Below, one piece after another: positions 24,997 to 37,200 of a stretch of 64,000 bases of DNA. Source of the DNA: Eledone cirrhosa (lineage: Eukaryota). Made by a program: the position numbers and the translations under genes. Under the pieces are notes generated by a model, which was not told where the DNA came from, did no database searches, and saw only the letters and a program-made list of their open reading frames with translations. Position 1 is the stretch's first letter. Each line of letters opens with the position of its first letter. The stretch spans positions 317,192,001 to 317,256,000 of the forward strand of contig OZ024740.1 in the NCBI GenBank assembly GCA_964016885.1. Direction: 5' to 3'.

Positions 24997-25210
24997 CTCT
25001 TAATATCCTGTACCATATGAAACCACATTAACAAGACATTCTTGAAAAATACAAACCAGCACTATGACTGACTGCATCACATTGAAATTTAAAATGTTTT
25101 ATTGAAAATTTTCACAACAATCTGTCCATTAGTAAAGATACTATAAATATTTGAATTAATAAATCTTTTCTTTTTTAAGATATTTTCTGCTGAACCATTA
25201 CAGGATATTA
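24997..25210 (+). mobile_element. TTAA-type MITE, family P4
   Basis: TTAACTCTTAATATCCTGTA...TACAGGATATTAA. Copies at ~18600-18835(-), 37900-38110, and split at 38881-39057 + 39470-39508. Confidence 0.7.
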
Positions 25211-25227
25211 AATGCTAAAAGCATCCC

Positions 25228-25648
25228 GGTCATATTAAAGCTCTGATGTTTGGCAACTGACTTGGTAAACACTCACAGAACTATCTTTTCAAGAACGACC
25301 CTGAGCACCTTTTTGAATTCCATATGTCTAACACCCGTGGACATGTTTACAAAATCAGAAAACAGTACAGCTCCTATAACTTTCCGAAACATTTTTTCGT
25401 GCTCAGATTTGTTGAAGCATAGAACAAACTACCTGCATCAGTGGTTAGCTCTCGGGACACTGCATCCTTCCAAACTTCCCGAAATTCACTAACATGATAT
25501 TACCCCCCCCATACACACACACACGCCTGTGTGTATATCATGACTTATACACTGTTCGTTTTCCTGACATTTGTAAATTATTCTATGTACTATACATGCA
25601 CCTTTGATGAATTGTAGTGCACCTGAGCAATGTACACAATAATTCTCA
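25228..25648 (+). mobile_element. CR1-like LINE 3' end
   Basis: Homologous to the 14308 copy, including the 3' UTR GTAGTGCACCTGAGCA..ACACAATAATT. Confidence 0.85.
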
Positions 25649-26011
25649 TGCTGAGCTGGTTATGATAGTATCTGACCCTCATTCATGGGATCAATAACAA
25701 TGGAAAATAACAATTGCTAGGTCTAACAATCTCTTACAGTGACTCGACATAAAACATTGGCAAAAGCTGCATCACAAAGATTAGGATTCCTCTTCAGAGC
25801 CATGAAATACCTCAGGCCTGATTAGTTGCTGACTTTCTACAAAGTTCAAGTGTGATTTACATTGGATTACTTAATGCTCACATTATCTAGGATGTTGCTG
25901 CTACTACACCCTCCACCTCCACCCACCCCTCACACACACGCCAACACCCTAGACTATGACAAATCATTTCTGATTGGCAAAAAATGCCACCCACCTACCA
26001 ATTCATTTTAA

Positions 26012-26207
26012 CCCTTCAGCATTTAAACTGGCTAGAATTCTCTCACCTCTTTCTGTTCAAACCGGTCATAACCGGCCACTCATACCGACATTAAGGTATT
26101 GTTCTCAAAATAAATATCAAAATCTCGTAGATTCAATATTATGTGAGATTAAAGCCTTTTCTGTGAAAATACAATAGTATATATAAAGTAATGTAAATGC
26201 TAAAGGG
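26012..26207 (-). mobile_element. P1 MITE
   Basis: TTAA-flanked with family TIRs. Confidence 0.85.
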
Positions 26208-26384
26208 TTAAATACAACAGCCTCTGTTCTCCTTAGTTACATAGACCCATCAAACACCTACCATCACCCCTACTGTGTCTTCACTTGCAGGTGTCACACC
26301 AAACATCCTTATCTATATATTGTTTCCCAGAACTGCTACTTTCAGGAATTCTGTTCACACCCATATATTGACCTATAGACGTTC

Positions 26385-26860
26385 AAATTGAACATCTGTA
26401 AATTGTTAGTGCTGCTGCCACAATAAAATGAACCCAGTGCACCCTGTAAATTCTTAGTGCTGGTGCCACAATTAAATGCACCCAGTACACCCTGTAAATT
26501 GTTAGTGCTGGTGCCACAATAAAATGCACCCAGTACACCCCGTAAATTGTTAGTGCTGGTGCCATGATAGAATACGCCCACTATACTCTGTAAATTGTTT
26601 GTGCTGGCGGAACAATAAAATGCACCCTGTACAATCTGTAAATTGGTAATACTTGTGCCACAATAAAATGCATCTAGTTCACTCTGAAAAGTGACAGTTT
26701 TGGTGCCATAAAAAATACACCCAGACATAAAGCGGCATTGGAAAGGGCATCCAGCCATAGAAACTATGCCAAATACAAGATAAGGCTGTTCTGATCTGCC
26801 TGGTCTCAGACAGTGATAACCTACCCAATGCCAGTTTAGAAAGCGGATGTAAAATGATGT
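26385..26860 (+). mobile_element. SINE family E with ~8 tandem 40-bp units
   Basis: Unit GTAAATTGTTAGTGCTGGTGCCACAATAAAATGCACCCAGTACACCCT-like, then GGAAAGGGCATCCAGCCATAGAAAC and the RTE tail. Confidence 0.75.
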
Positions 26861-27074
26861 GACACAGTAAATGAGGTCATCTATAAAACAAAAGACTTTT
26901 TAGTCTGATAAGTTAGCTGTATACTTGGTCAAAATCAAGTTCAGGACATATTAGTAGGAATATGTCTGTTGTCAGGGCAACACAGCAGGAGGAAATAAGT
27001 AAATCTTATATAGATGCAATATATGTAAATTCTTTTAAAGCATACTTTATATTATTCATGAAAGCACAGCTTAA

Positions 27075-27302
27075 CTCTTTAGTTACCAACCGGGCCTAAA
27101 CTGGCTCTGATTCTATGAAATAAAATCACCCATTTTAAAGGTTTCCAATTTAAATTAAAACCTCCCAACATAATTTTATATAAGAACTTTTTACATTAAG
27201 TTACTATCTTAATAATGAAATAATTAATTTTAGTAAAACCCCAAAAATTAATTAATTAATTAAAATAGAGTCTATTTCATTAGAAATATGGTCATGAAAG
27301 TT
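27075..27302 (+). mobile_element. P3 MITE
   Basis: Close match to 5209-5434. Confidence 0.8.
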
Positions 27303-27335
27303 GTAATGCACCTGAGCACTGTACACAATTTTCAT

Positions 27336-27655
27336 TGGCAGTATCGGTAGAGTGTCAGACACCATGCTTTGCAGCATAGAGTTACGGCCCTTTACGACCT
27401 GAGTTCAAATCCTGCCGAGGTTAACTTTGCCTTTCATCCTTACAGGGTCGATAAAATAAAGTACCAGTAATACACTGGGATAATTGCTAGCCTTGTGCCA
27501 AAAGTAGAAATAATTATTATCCTGGATTGGCAGTACCAGTAGAGCGTTGTACAACAAGCTTTGCAGCATAGAGTTACGTCCTTTTACATACAGAGTTCAA
27601 ATCCTGCTAAGGTTACCTTTGCCTTTCATCCTTACGGGATCAATAAAATAAAGCA
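27336..27655 (+). mobile_element. Two tandem SINE-B copies
   Basis: 27336-27520 is near full length and 27524-27655 is 3'-truncated. Confidence 0.85.
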
Positions 27656-27964
27656 CCTTTGCAGAACCCACCTTGGGAGCCATTGCACTAATTCAAACAT
27701 AGAAAGTTGTATATTAATGTGCTGGTATATTTGGCTGTTGTTTCTAGCAGATTAACTAACAACATAAAGGGCTCCCTTGGTATTTTGACATTCAACAGTT
27801 ATCAAAGTATATAACAAATTTTCCTGACTCTGGAAACTAGAGTGTAGTAGCACAACAGAATGAAGTTTGGAAGCAAAGAAACTAATACAGCATTAAAAGA
27901 GCAACAGAAAACACTGTGTAATGGCAACCTGCTTGAATTATTATGGTGGGTGCAGGGGGAAGGA

Positions 27965-28150
27965 AGGGTCTGCAAAACGAGGGTGGGAGCAGGGGTAGAG
28001 GAAGGGTCTGCAAATCGAGGATGGGAGCAGTGGGGGGGGGTCTGCAAATCGAGGGTGGGAGCAGGGGGGTGTCTGCAAATCAGGGGGGGGGGGTTCCTGC
28101 AAATCGAGGGTGGGAGCAGGGGGAGAGGAGGGGTCTGCAAATCGAGGGTG
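27965..28150. repeat. G-rich minisatellite, ~5 units
   Basis: GGGTCTGCAAATCGAGGGTGGGAGCAGGGG repeated. Confidence 0.85.
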
Positions 28151-28807
28151 CTGACAGGCAACAAAGCTATTTCACTATTATCTGACTACTTACTACTACC
28201 ATCATCTATCTACTTCACTTTCCCACCCGCATCTCAACATACACACACATTCACACACACACACACACCCACACACACACAACACACACACATATACACG
28301 CACACACACATATATATATATACATACATACATACACACATATATATATATCACATTCACATATATACACACACACATATATATATCACATTCACATATA
28401 TACACACATGTATGTGTGTATGTATGTATAAATAAATAAAAAATGTGTGTGTGTATGTGTATATATATATATATATATAATCTTGTAATGTCATGAATTC
28501 CATTAAAACTTCCTCAGAAACTCAGTTCTAATAAATTCCACCCACGTCTTCTTATTATTCCTCATTCTATCAGACATCATTTCAGACATAACTTCCACAC
28601 GTCTCTCAACCAATTTAAGCACCGTCTGTTATTCTAGAAGAACAGCCACAGCCAGTAAGACTTCTTACCAATAACTTTGTTTGCTACATATTACTTTTGA
28701 ATATCCTAGGAGTAACATTTTACACCTGTAAGAAGTTCAAAGGCACACATTAGGTTGAGTTCAAGGGTAGATACAAGGCAGAGTCAAAGACAAAGGCTTC
28801 TATATAA

Positions 28808-29075
28808 TGAAAATTATTTTGTACAGTGCTCAGGTGCACTACAATGCATCAAAGGTGCATGTATAGTACATAGAATAATGTACAAATGTCAGGAAAGTGA
28901 ACAGTGTATGAGTCATGATATACAGACAAACAGACAGACACACGCACACAAGCATGTATGTCTATGGAGGGGTAATAGCAGGTGTAGTGTTGGTGAATTT
29001 CAGGAATCATGGAAGTTATGAAGGCTGCAGTGTCCCGACAGCTAACAACTGACACAGGTAGTTTGTTCCATGTTT
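28808..29075 (-). mobile_element. CR1-like LINE 3' end
   Basis: TWNKLPVSVVSCRDTAAF..PEIHQHYT followed by the family 3' UTR. Confidence 0.85.
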
Positions 29076-29177
29076 GAAGAGGCAATCCTTAATAATACAA
29101 ATGACACCTTCGTCTAGCTCGCTGGTTTTGACATGTCTCTCTAGCTGCTGTGCATATGTCATACAATAAGAAGAAGA

Positions 29178-30020
29178 CTCCATTGTCACCCCAGCTACCA
29201 TGTTATGAGTACCTTGTCTTACTACTGTACTCCACTGTCACCCCAGCTACCATGTTATGAGTACCTTGTCTTACTACTGTACTCCATTGTCACCCTAGCT
29301 ACCATATTGTGAGTACCTTGTCTTACTACTGTACTCCACTGTCACCCCAGCTACCATGTTATGAGTACCTTGTCTTACTACTGTACTCCATTGTCACCCC
29401 AGCTACCATATTGTGAGTACCTTGTCTTACTACTGTACTCCACTGTCACCCCAGCTACCATGTTATGAGTACCTTGTCTTACTACTGTACTCCATTGTCA
29501 CCCTAGCTACCATATTGTGAGTACCTTGTCTTACTACTATACTCCACTGTCACCCCAGCTACCATGTTATGAGTACCTTGTCTTACTACTGTACTCCATT
29601 GTCACCCCAGCTACCATATTGTGAGTACCTTGTCTTACTACTGTACTCCATTGTCACCCCAGCTACCATGTTATGAGTACCTTGTCTTACTACTGTACTC
29701 CATTGTCACTCCAGCTACCATGTTATGAGTACCTTGTCTTACTACTGTACTCCACTGTCACCCCAGCTACCATGTTTTGAGTACCTTGTCTTACTACTGT
29801 ACTCCATTGTCACCCCAGCTACCATATTGTGAGTACCTTGTCTTACTACTGTACTCCATTGTCACCCCAGCTACCATGTTATGAGTACCTTGTCTTACTA
29901 CTGTACTCCATTGTCACTCCAGCTACCATGTTATGAGTACCTTGTCTTACTACTGTACTCCACTGTCACCCCAGCTACCATGTTTTGAGTACCTTGTCTT
30001 GCTACTGTACTCCATTGTCA
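29178..30020. repeat. 52-bp minisatellite, ~16 units
   Basis: Unit ACTACTGTACTCCA(C/T)TGTCACCCCAGCTACCATGTTATGAGTACCTTGTCTT. Confidence 0.95.
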
Positions 30021-30520
30021 CATCAGCTACCATGTAGCCAATACCCTGTTTCACTACCACCTCAGCTACCATGTAGTCAGTACCCTGTTTCACTACCACC
30101 TCAGCTGCCATGTAGTGAGTACCCTGTTTCACTACCACCTCAGCTACCATGTAGCCAGTACCCTGTTTCACTACCACCTCAGCTGCCATGTAGTGAGTAC
30201 CCTGTTTCACTACCACCTCAGCTGCCATATAGTGAGTACCCTGTTTCACTTCCACCCCAACTACCATGTAGCCAGTACCCTGTTTCACTACCACCTCAGC
30301 TGCCATGTAGTCAGTACCCTGTTTCACTACCACCTCAGCTGCCATGTAATCAGTACCCTGTTTCACTACCACCTCAGCTGCCATGTAGCCAGTACCCTGT
30401 TTCACTACCACCTCAGCTGCCATGTAATCAGTACCCTGTTTCACTACCACCTCAGCTGCCATGTAATCAGTACCCTGTTTCACTACCACCTCAGCTGCCA
30501 TGTAGTGAGAACCCTGTTCC
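30021..30520. repeat. 39-bp minisatellite, ~12-13 units, derived from the adjacent 52-mer
   Basis: Unit TACCCTGTTTCACTACCACCTCAGCTGCCATGTAGTGAG, which gives the 13-aa periodic ORFs. Confidence 0.95.
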
Positions 30521-30730
30521 ATTACTGTACTCCACTGTCATCTAGTGAGTACCTTGTCTTACTACTGTACCATGTACCCTACTTTCATATACTCAACACA
30601 CTGTATCTGTAGGACAAACTACCTCATGCAAAGACTCACTTTTTCCCTAGGCTTTATACAAAGGGCATAAACGTTCCATGAGATACAACAAACACTTTCC
30701 TTCAGATGATATGACTGAACAAATAGTTAA

Positions 30731-31419
30731 CTGTTTTGATACCACACCACCTGAAACTGTGCCTGATTCTAAAATACAAAACTGTTTATCCTAAAGTGTT
30801 TATATTTATCTAAAAACCTTACATCATAATTCTATCTAAGAAAACGATCGCTGAGTGAAGAAGTGCCAGGAAATCCCAGTGGAAGGAAGCTGTAGTAGAT
30901 GTAGACCAAGGAAGATCTGGGGGAAGGTGATGAGCGCTGATCTCAAATCGCTGAAGCTCGCAGAAAAGATGACAAAGGAATGCAGCGAGTGGAGAGATGT
31001 GTTGAAAAGGACCCGCCCAACCTATGTGAGCATGTTAAAACAGACATAAAAATGATGATGGTGGTAGTGGTGGTGATGATAAATCTTTATTTTCCAAACA
31101 CCAGCCTAATAACGAGAAAGTTTGTTATATTACATCCCCTCAAATTCTTGATTATTTTCAAAATTATTTGAAAACCACAGGTAGTGTCTTTCATTAGAAA
31201 TATAGTAATTGTTTCTATTTTAGGCACAAGGCCAGCAATTACCCAGTACATTACTAGTACTTTATTTTATCGACCCCGTAAGGATGAAAGGCAAAGTTAA
31301 CCTCGGCGGGATTTGAACTCAGATCATAAAGGGACGTAACTCTATGCTTCAAAGCATGGTGTCCGACTCTCTACCGATACTGCCAATCCACCGCCCTTAG
31401 AAATATAGTAATGAAAGGG
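30731..31419 (+). mobile_element. P2 MITE containing an RTE 3' fragment (~30845-31080) and a SINE-B
   Basis: P2 segments resume after each insert. RTE peptide VEGSCSRCRPRKIW..MTKECSEWR with a (GAT)n tail. Confidence 0.75.
31210..31396 (-). mobile_element. Full-length young SINE-B with a 16-bp TSD
   Basis: TSD TTAGAAATATAGTAAT at 31194-31209 and 31397-31412. Head GGGCGGTGGATTGGCAGTATCGGTAGAG..GAGTTCAAATCCCGCC with CpGs intact. Confidence 0.92.
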
Positions 31420-31493
31420 ATATAGTAATGATGGAGCCTCTACATGGTTACTAGACATGCTTGAAATAGCAGCCAAATCTCTTGGAAAATATA

Positions 31494-31594
31494 CAGGGTG
31501 TCCCCCCAAAATATATGCACACTTTGATTACCTGTATAGGCAATATTTATTAGAATGCACAGCCTTTGTGTATACATTTTTTAAAGACACCCTT
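31494..31594. mobile_element. M1 mini-MITE
   Basis: TA|CAGGGTGTCCCC...GACACCCT. Confidence 0.8.
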
Positions 31595-31863
31595 TATATA
31601 TATTAGATAATGTAGTCTTTGAGATAAAGTATATCTGAAAAGGCAAGATGGTCATGGCGAGAATGTCATTGATCAGGGTTAAATAGTTAAAACAAAGGAA
31701 TACACAGTTGATCTGTTAAACATTGCTGAGACATCATATTTCTCTAGAGACATCTGTTCAATTTCTCTTTCTAATTAAACAGACTGCTTATGTTAGTCTT
31801 GACCTTCAGAAATATTAGTTCAGTCTGTACTTCTAATTAAAGTGACAGCTATAGTAGCCTTGG

Positions 31864-32137
31864 TAGAGGCACCTTGCTTAATGGTAAGAGTGTTGGACTT
31901 ATGATCATAATGTTATGGGTTCGATTCCTGGACTGAGTTGTGTTCATTTTACATTGCTCCAGTATACTCAGCTGAAAATGAATACCAGCAATAGTTGGAG
32001 GTTTGACCCTACGATGGACTAGCGTCATGTCCAGGGGTGGGGGTGGGGGGTGTCTTGAACTCTCAGACACTTACCACAGAAATCAGGATAAGCACCAGTC
32101 TGATGAGCCTTGGGTTTCAAGACAGACTTTAGACTTT
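31864..32137 (+). mobile_element. SINE family A
   Basis: Homologous to 4425-4703. Confidence 0.85.
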
Positions 32138-32525
32138 ATCATCATCATCATTTAATGTCCATTTTCCTTCTTAGCAAAGGTTACTTGGATTATTACAGAC
32201 CAAGTCAGTACTTAAAGCCACAGCCACTGACCTCCCTGACAGCTCACAGACTGTATCTCGTTTACATATTTTCCCTTACTCTACAGAGTGTACTGAGTGC
32301 ATTCTATGATGGCACCAATACTAGAAAGGTTGTCATGTCTTTGACACAACCAAAGAATCCTCTCGATTCTTTGGTTGGCATGTTTTCTATAGTCAGATGC
32401 CCTTCCTATTACCAATCACTAGAACGGTTGTAGTTCCCTTGACACAATATCTGTTTAATTTGTACATCTAATAAAAGTGGCAGTTATTTTGGCATTGACT
32501 TTTGTTGTAGTCTAAACAAATTTAA

Positions 32526-32760
32526 CCCTATTTATACCAACTTACTTATGGTTCTACAATACAAAACTATTTATTTTACTCTTTATATTCATCTAAAAAC
32601 CTTCCATCATAATTTTATATAAGAACCTTTGTTATATTTCAAACACCAACTTAATAACGAGAAAGTTGGTTATATTACTAAATCTCTCCAAATTCTTGAT
32701 TATTTTTGAAACTTTTGAAAATCATAGGCAGTGTTTATTAGGAATATACCAATAAAAGGG
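32526..32760 (+). mobile_element. P2 MITE, uninterrupted
   Basis: TTAA|CCCTATTTAT...ATAAAAGGG|TTAA. Confidence 0.85.
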
Positions 32761-33279
32761 TTAAGTTACAATTGAAAACTGAAGAAGTCTACACATCAGT
32801 CACATATTTCTGTTAGAGGTAGACCAAGGGTTAGATATTTTCAAATGCAAACTTAAAGCCTTCTAAACTCAATGAACACTTTAATAGAGTACATGGTGGT
32901 ACTTTAAACTTTAGAGAAGGCAACAAGTGGCAGTGTGATTCAATAGTTCCTTAGCACTAAAAAGATTAAATCATTTGGTTTTAATAAGAAGTTTGTTTTG
33001 CAATCATTGAGTCCCATGTTTGATCTTTCTACATAGAATTGAACGTGGGACTTAATGATAGCTCAGTCACTACCACACTAATTCCATGAGCTGGCTCTTC
33101 CATTGATCAAGATCCTTTCCATTCCATTTATTCCACCTACATACACGAGCCAATGAGTGAGTCTCTTCATCTGCTAAATATAACAACTGCATCTTCCTCA
33201 AATCCCTACTCCCCATTATTTTAAAACAAACAAGGATATACAGTCATAGATATGAAGTAAAAAAAAAAAAAAAAGTTAA

Positions 33280-33474
33280 CCCTCTAGCATTTAAACTGGA
33301 CGTATCTGTCCAGAATTCTCCCACCTCTTTCTGTTCAAACCGGCTGTAACCAGTTGCTCATACTGATGTTAAGGTATTGTTCTCAAAATCTCATAGATTT
33401 TGATATAGATGTGAAGTAAAGCCTTTATTGTGAAAATATAATAGTATATATAGAGTAATGTAAATGGTAAAGGT
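33280..33474 (-). mobile_element. P1 MITE
   Basis: TTAA-flanked with family TIRs. Confidence 0.85.
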
Positions 33475-33991
33475 TTAAGGTGTTGGAATATCTTTGATCC
33501 TAGGTTTGCATAGTCAAGAAATTTACTGTTTGAAAACCCTTTTTCATACTATTGCTTCCATTGTACCATTCCACACATGCTATTACAGAAACCTAACAAG
33601 ATTCATTTGAAAAAGGACAAATAACACACACATACACACAACTACTAACATTAAACTGGTAACTAAACAACTGACTGGTCCTCCTCCCCCACCTCCTCTG
33701 TTGAACTGGCATATTCCTTTAATTAATTAAAGCTAATAACTATTATCAGCTAATCAACAATAATTAAATTTAATTGATACTTTTTTTTCTTCTTTGAAAT
33801 TCAACCCTTATAATAAATCCTGCAAGAAGTAACTGAGATTGAAATCTTGTATCAATGATGTAAAGGAAATTCTTAAAGATTCTCTTTGTCTGGATACAAA
33901 ATAATAAAAGACAAGTGGGATTTGGAAAACAATCTTCAAGCTACTGACTTTAATTAATCCAGAGCTAATAAGTTTAACAAAAAACAAACAA

Positions 33992-34331
33992 TAATTGTTT
34001 CTACTATAGGCAGAAGACCAGCAATTTTTGGAGAGGGGAAAGTCGATTAAATCGACCCCAGTGCATTACTGGTGCTTTATTTTATCGACCATGTAAGGAT
34101 GAAAAGCTAAGCTAACCTCAACGGGAAATAATAATGGTTTTAGATTTAGGCACAAGGCCAGCTATTTTGGCGGAGGGGAAAGTTGATTAAATCGACCCCA
34201 GTGCTTACTGGTACTTTATTTTATTGACTCCACAAGGATGAAAGGTAAAGCTAACTTCAGCGGGATTTAAACTCAGAACATAAAGGGCCGTAACTCTATG
34301 CAGCCAAGCATGTTCAACCGATGCTGCCAAT
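33992..34331 (-). mobile_element. Two tandem SINE-B copies
   Basis: Copies at 33992-34126 and 34128-34331. Confidence 0.85.
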
Positions 34332-34364
34332 ACACTGTTCTAATAACAATAATAATAATAATCT

Positions 34365-34740
34365 TCAGAAAAAAGATCTTGCTTGATTATAGATGTAACT
34401 TGCCCCTTTGAAACAAGGGTGCAAGAAAAGGAGGAGGAGGAGAAAATTAACTGGTACCAGGATTTAAAGTAGGAACTGAAAAGGATTGGAACTGTCATGA
34501 GATCAAGGTTATCCCCCAACATCATAGGAGTATTAGGTACTAACTTTAAGGCTGGTTAAAGAACATTAGACCCCCCCCCCCCCCAAGGGGGGGGGGGGCA
34601 CTCCAGAAGGCATGCCAACTGAGAACAGCAAGGACCCTCAAATAAGTCCTGAATATCTGAGGCTGCAGGTAGCAACTTGATATTCATTTGGGAAAATTTT
34701 CCAGTTAAATAACAACAATGAGATATCAAAGTAATAATCT
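34365..34740 (+). pseudogene. RLE-clade (R4/Dong-like) LINE 3' remnant
   Basis: CLIIDVTCPFETRVQEKE..KINWYQDLK*ELKRI..IIGVLG..LQKAC. A related fragment lies at 37820-37895. Confidence 0.75.
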
Positions 34741-35631
34741 TCAATAAAGAAAGAAACAAAGTAATAATAAATATGAACGACCTGATGTAAATTAACAGAT
34801 GTTATTGTCAGATGTGTAGAAAAAATATTAATTCAGGAGACAAGTTGTATGACATGACAATGGCTGCTGCTACTACTACTAACAATAAGTAGATTAGTAT
34901 GATTTGAGGTAAATTTGGCTGCTATTTCTAGCATGCCTAGCAACCATACAGAGGAGGGCCATTTATATATTATGATAGTTTATATTGGTACAAAAACATA
35001 TTTATAACAGAGGAGGCTACAGTAAAGTGAACCAGAACATAGCTGGTACTTATAGTATCATGTACAGACGGATAGCTGAACATTAAAATACTGAGTTTTT
35101 ATTGAATATAAAAAAAAAATAGTTTTATAACTAAAGCAATATATTAAAAAATATGGTTGTTAAAAGAAATTCATTTTAAAATTAGAGAAATTTATTTAAA
35201 TGAAACTATAATAAACTGTTGAGCCTAAGCAAAGCACAAGGCTGCTTGAATTATTAGTAGCAAGTACAGTTTTAATACAACCATTAACATGGGTATAGGT
35301 TTTATTTATTCATGTTACATTAGCCACAAGAAATATTTATTTAAGAATTAATTCACTATTATCTGGCTCCAGCTGGATTTTCCTGACAAGTTTATGTATG
35401 ATTGGGTGGGTTATCAAAACTCTTGTATTAAAAATTTTGTACCATCCCCCAAGAGAATTTAGTTATTCTGGGTTGATTTGATTTAATTTGGCTGTGAACT
35501 AAACCATAACATCATTTCAAAAGCTGGGCACCTTTGAGGAGATGACAAAATATTCCCAAAACTTGTATAGGCCTATATCTATCTTTTCATCTAGGGTGTC
35601 ACACGTTCATTATATATATATATATATATAT

Positions 35632-35815
35632 GCGGTGGATTGGCAGTATCGGTAGAGGGTCTGACGCCATGCTTTGCAGCAAAGAGTTACGGCCCTTTAT
35701 GGTCTGAGTTCAAATCCTGCGAGGTTAACTTTGCCTTTCATCCTTATGGGGTCGATAAAGTACCAGTAATACACTGTGATAATTGCTGGCCTTGTGCCAA
35801 AAGTAGAAACAATTA
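35632..35815 (+). mobile_element. SINE family B, full length, inserted in (TA)n
   Basis: GCGGTGGATTGGCAGTATCGGTAGAG head through GCCAAAAGTAGAAACAATT. Confidence 0.9.
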
Positions 35816-36487
35816 TATATATATAAAATTAGAAATATATGGAGGAGAAAGCAAGACATTTAAAAACAAAATTTAATTTTTACAGTGTTTCATCTTCAAG
35901 TACATTTACAATACAGTAGGTAGACATATATATGTGTGCATTATATTCCATAGTAGAGATGACTCATCAGAGAAAAAAACTATTGTCCATAAAGATGTCA
36001 CTGATTAACTCCACTATAATATTTAACATCGCATCTCTAAGCATTGAGCATGCTTTGCTTCGGCTAAAGGCATCTAATATATTATATCACAGATCCTTCT
36101 CTATTCTTATGGTATATGTCTCTTATTTTGATATATATACATATACACATATTGTACACATCTCATGGAACAAACACTAAAGCTCACAGCTGCTTCAAGA
36201 AACCATTTTCTGGATTGAAATACCAACCTGATAAACCCCAAATGTTTAAATTTGTGCCATAAACAGTGGTTAAAGTGAAAACAGCAATCCAATAGTTATT
36301 GTGACAAAACACTCTCTTATTTACTGTTTATTGCAGTTATGTAAGCATCCACTGCAAGAGATTTTATAGAAATATTTATTCCCCAAATTGAAAATGATGT
36401 CATGAGTTTTTTTTGTCTTTATTCTTGGTAATGCAGAACATTAAGGGTAAAGTGTTAATTTCAGAAACAATGGCACAAAGAGTTTAA

Positions 36488-36695
36488 CTCTTTAGCATTT
36501 GCAGTACACTATATTTACTATTGTATTTTCACAGTAAAGGCTTTATCTCACATAATATTGAATCTATGAGATGTTGATATTATTTATTTTCAGAACAATA
36601 CCTTAACATAAGTATGAGTAGCAAGTTACGGCAAGTTTGAACTAAAGGAAGTGAGAGAATTCTGGGTGGATACGGCTGGTTTAAATGCTAAAGGG
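36488..36695 (+). mobile_element. P1 MITE
   Basis: TTAA-flanked with family TIRs. Confidence 0.85.
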
Positions 36696-36805
36696 TTAAA
36701 AGCTGTAGTTCCAAACTAAACTACTTCTTTTTTTGTAGCTAAACTTTTCAATGTTACATCCTTAGTAATGTTACATCCTTAGTAAACATTTATCATCTTT
36801 TGTTG

Positions 36806-37200
36806 TTCTTTGCCCACTTATTCCTGAGGGAGTCGTGGGGGCAGAGTCCTCAAACATTCCTTCCAGCAGATCCTGTCAGAAGCAACCGTCTCCAACTGAT
36901 CCGGCTGGAACCTCAAGTGAAACCAGCTGGGTTCATGGATGTTATCCAACCATCTTGCTCGGTGTCTACACCTGGGTCTCCTGCCGGCTGGTTTTGCTGG
37001 TAAAGTCTGTCCTCTGCCCAATCATTCTTTCCCCGAGACATTCTAACAACATGCCCATAGTATCGGAGCTGTGATCTCTCAATTCAGAGAAGTAGCGGCT
37101 CTACCTGGAATGACTCGCTGATCTCCAAGCTATAGGGATATAAGCGGCAGCTGTTCAGTGATTCTTTCCTGAGACATTCTAACCACATGCCCACAGTATT
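36806..37200 (-). mobile_element. RTE LINE 3' end (Expander/Rex3-like)
   Basis: AKPAGRRPRCRHRARWLDNIHEPSWFHLRFQPDQLETVASDRICWKECLRTLPPRLPQE. Second copy at 59600-59845(+). Confidence 0.8.

Noticed and set aside
31330-31396. tRNA gene-like A/B boxes here and in other SINE heads
   Set aside because: They continue into SINE bodies with tails and TSDs, and no complete cloverleaf is evident.
32078-32125. GAAA...CTGATGAG in the SINE-A tail as a hammerhead ribozyme
   Set aside because: I could not build stems I-III around the core, and CTGATGA is not kept in the 4425 copy.
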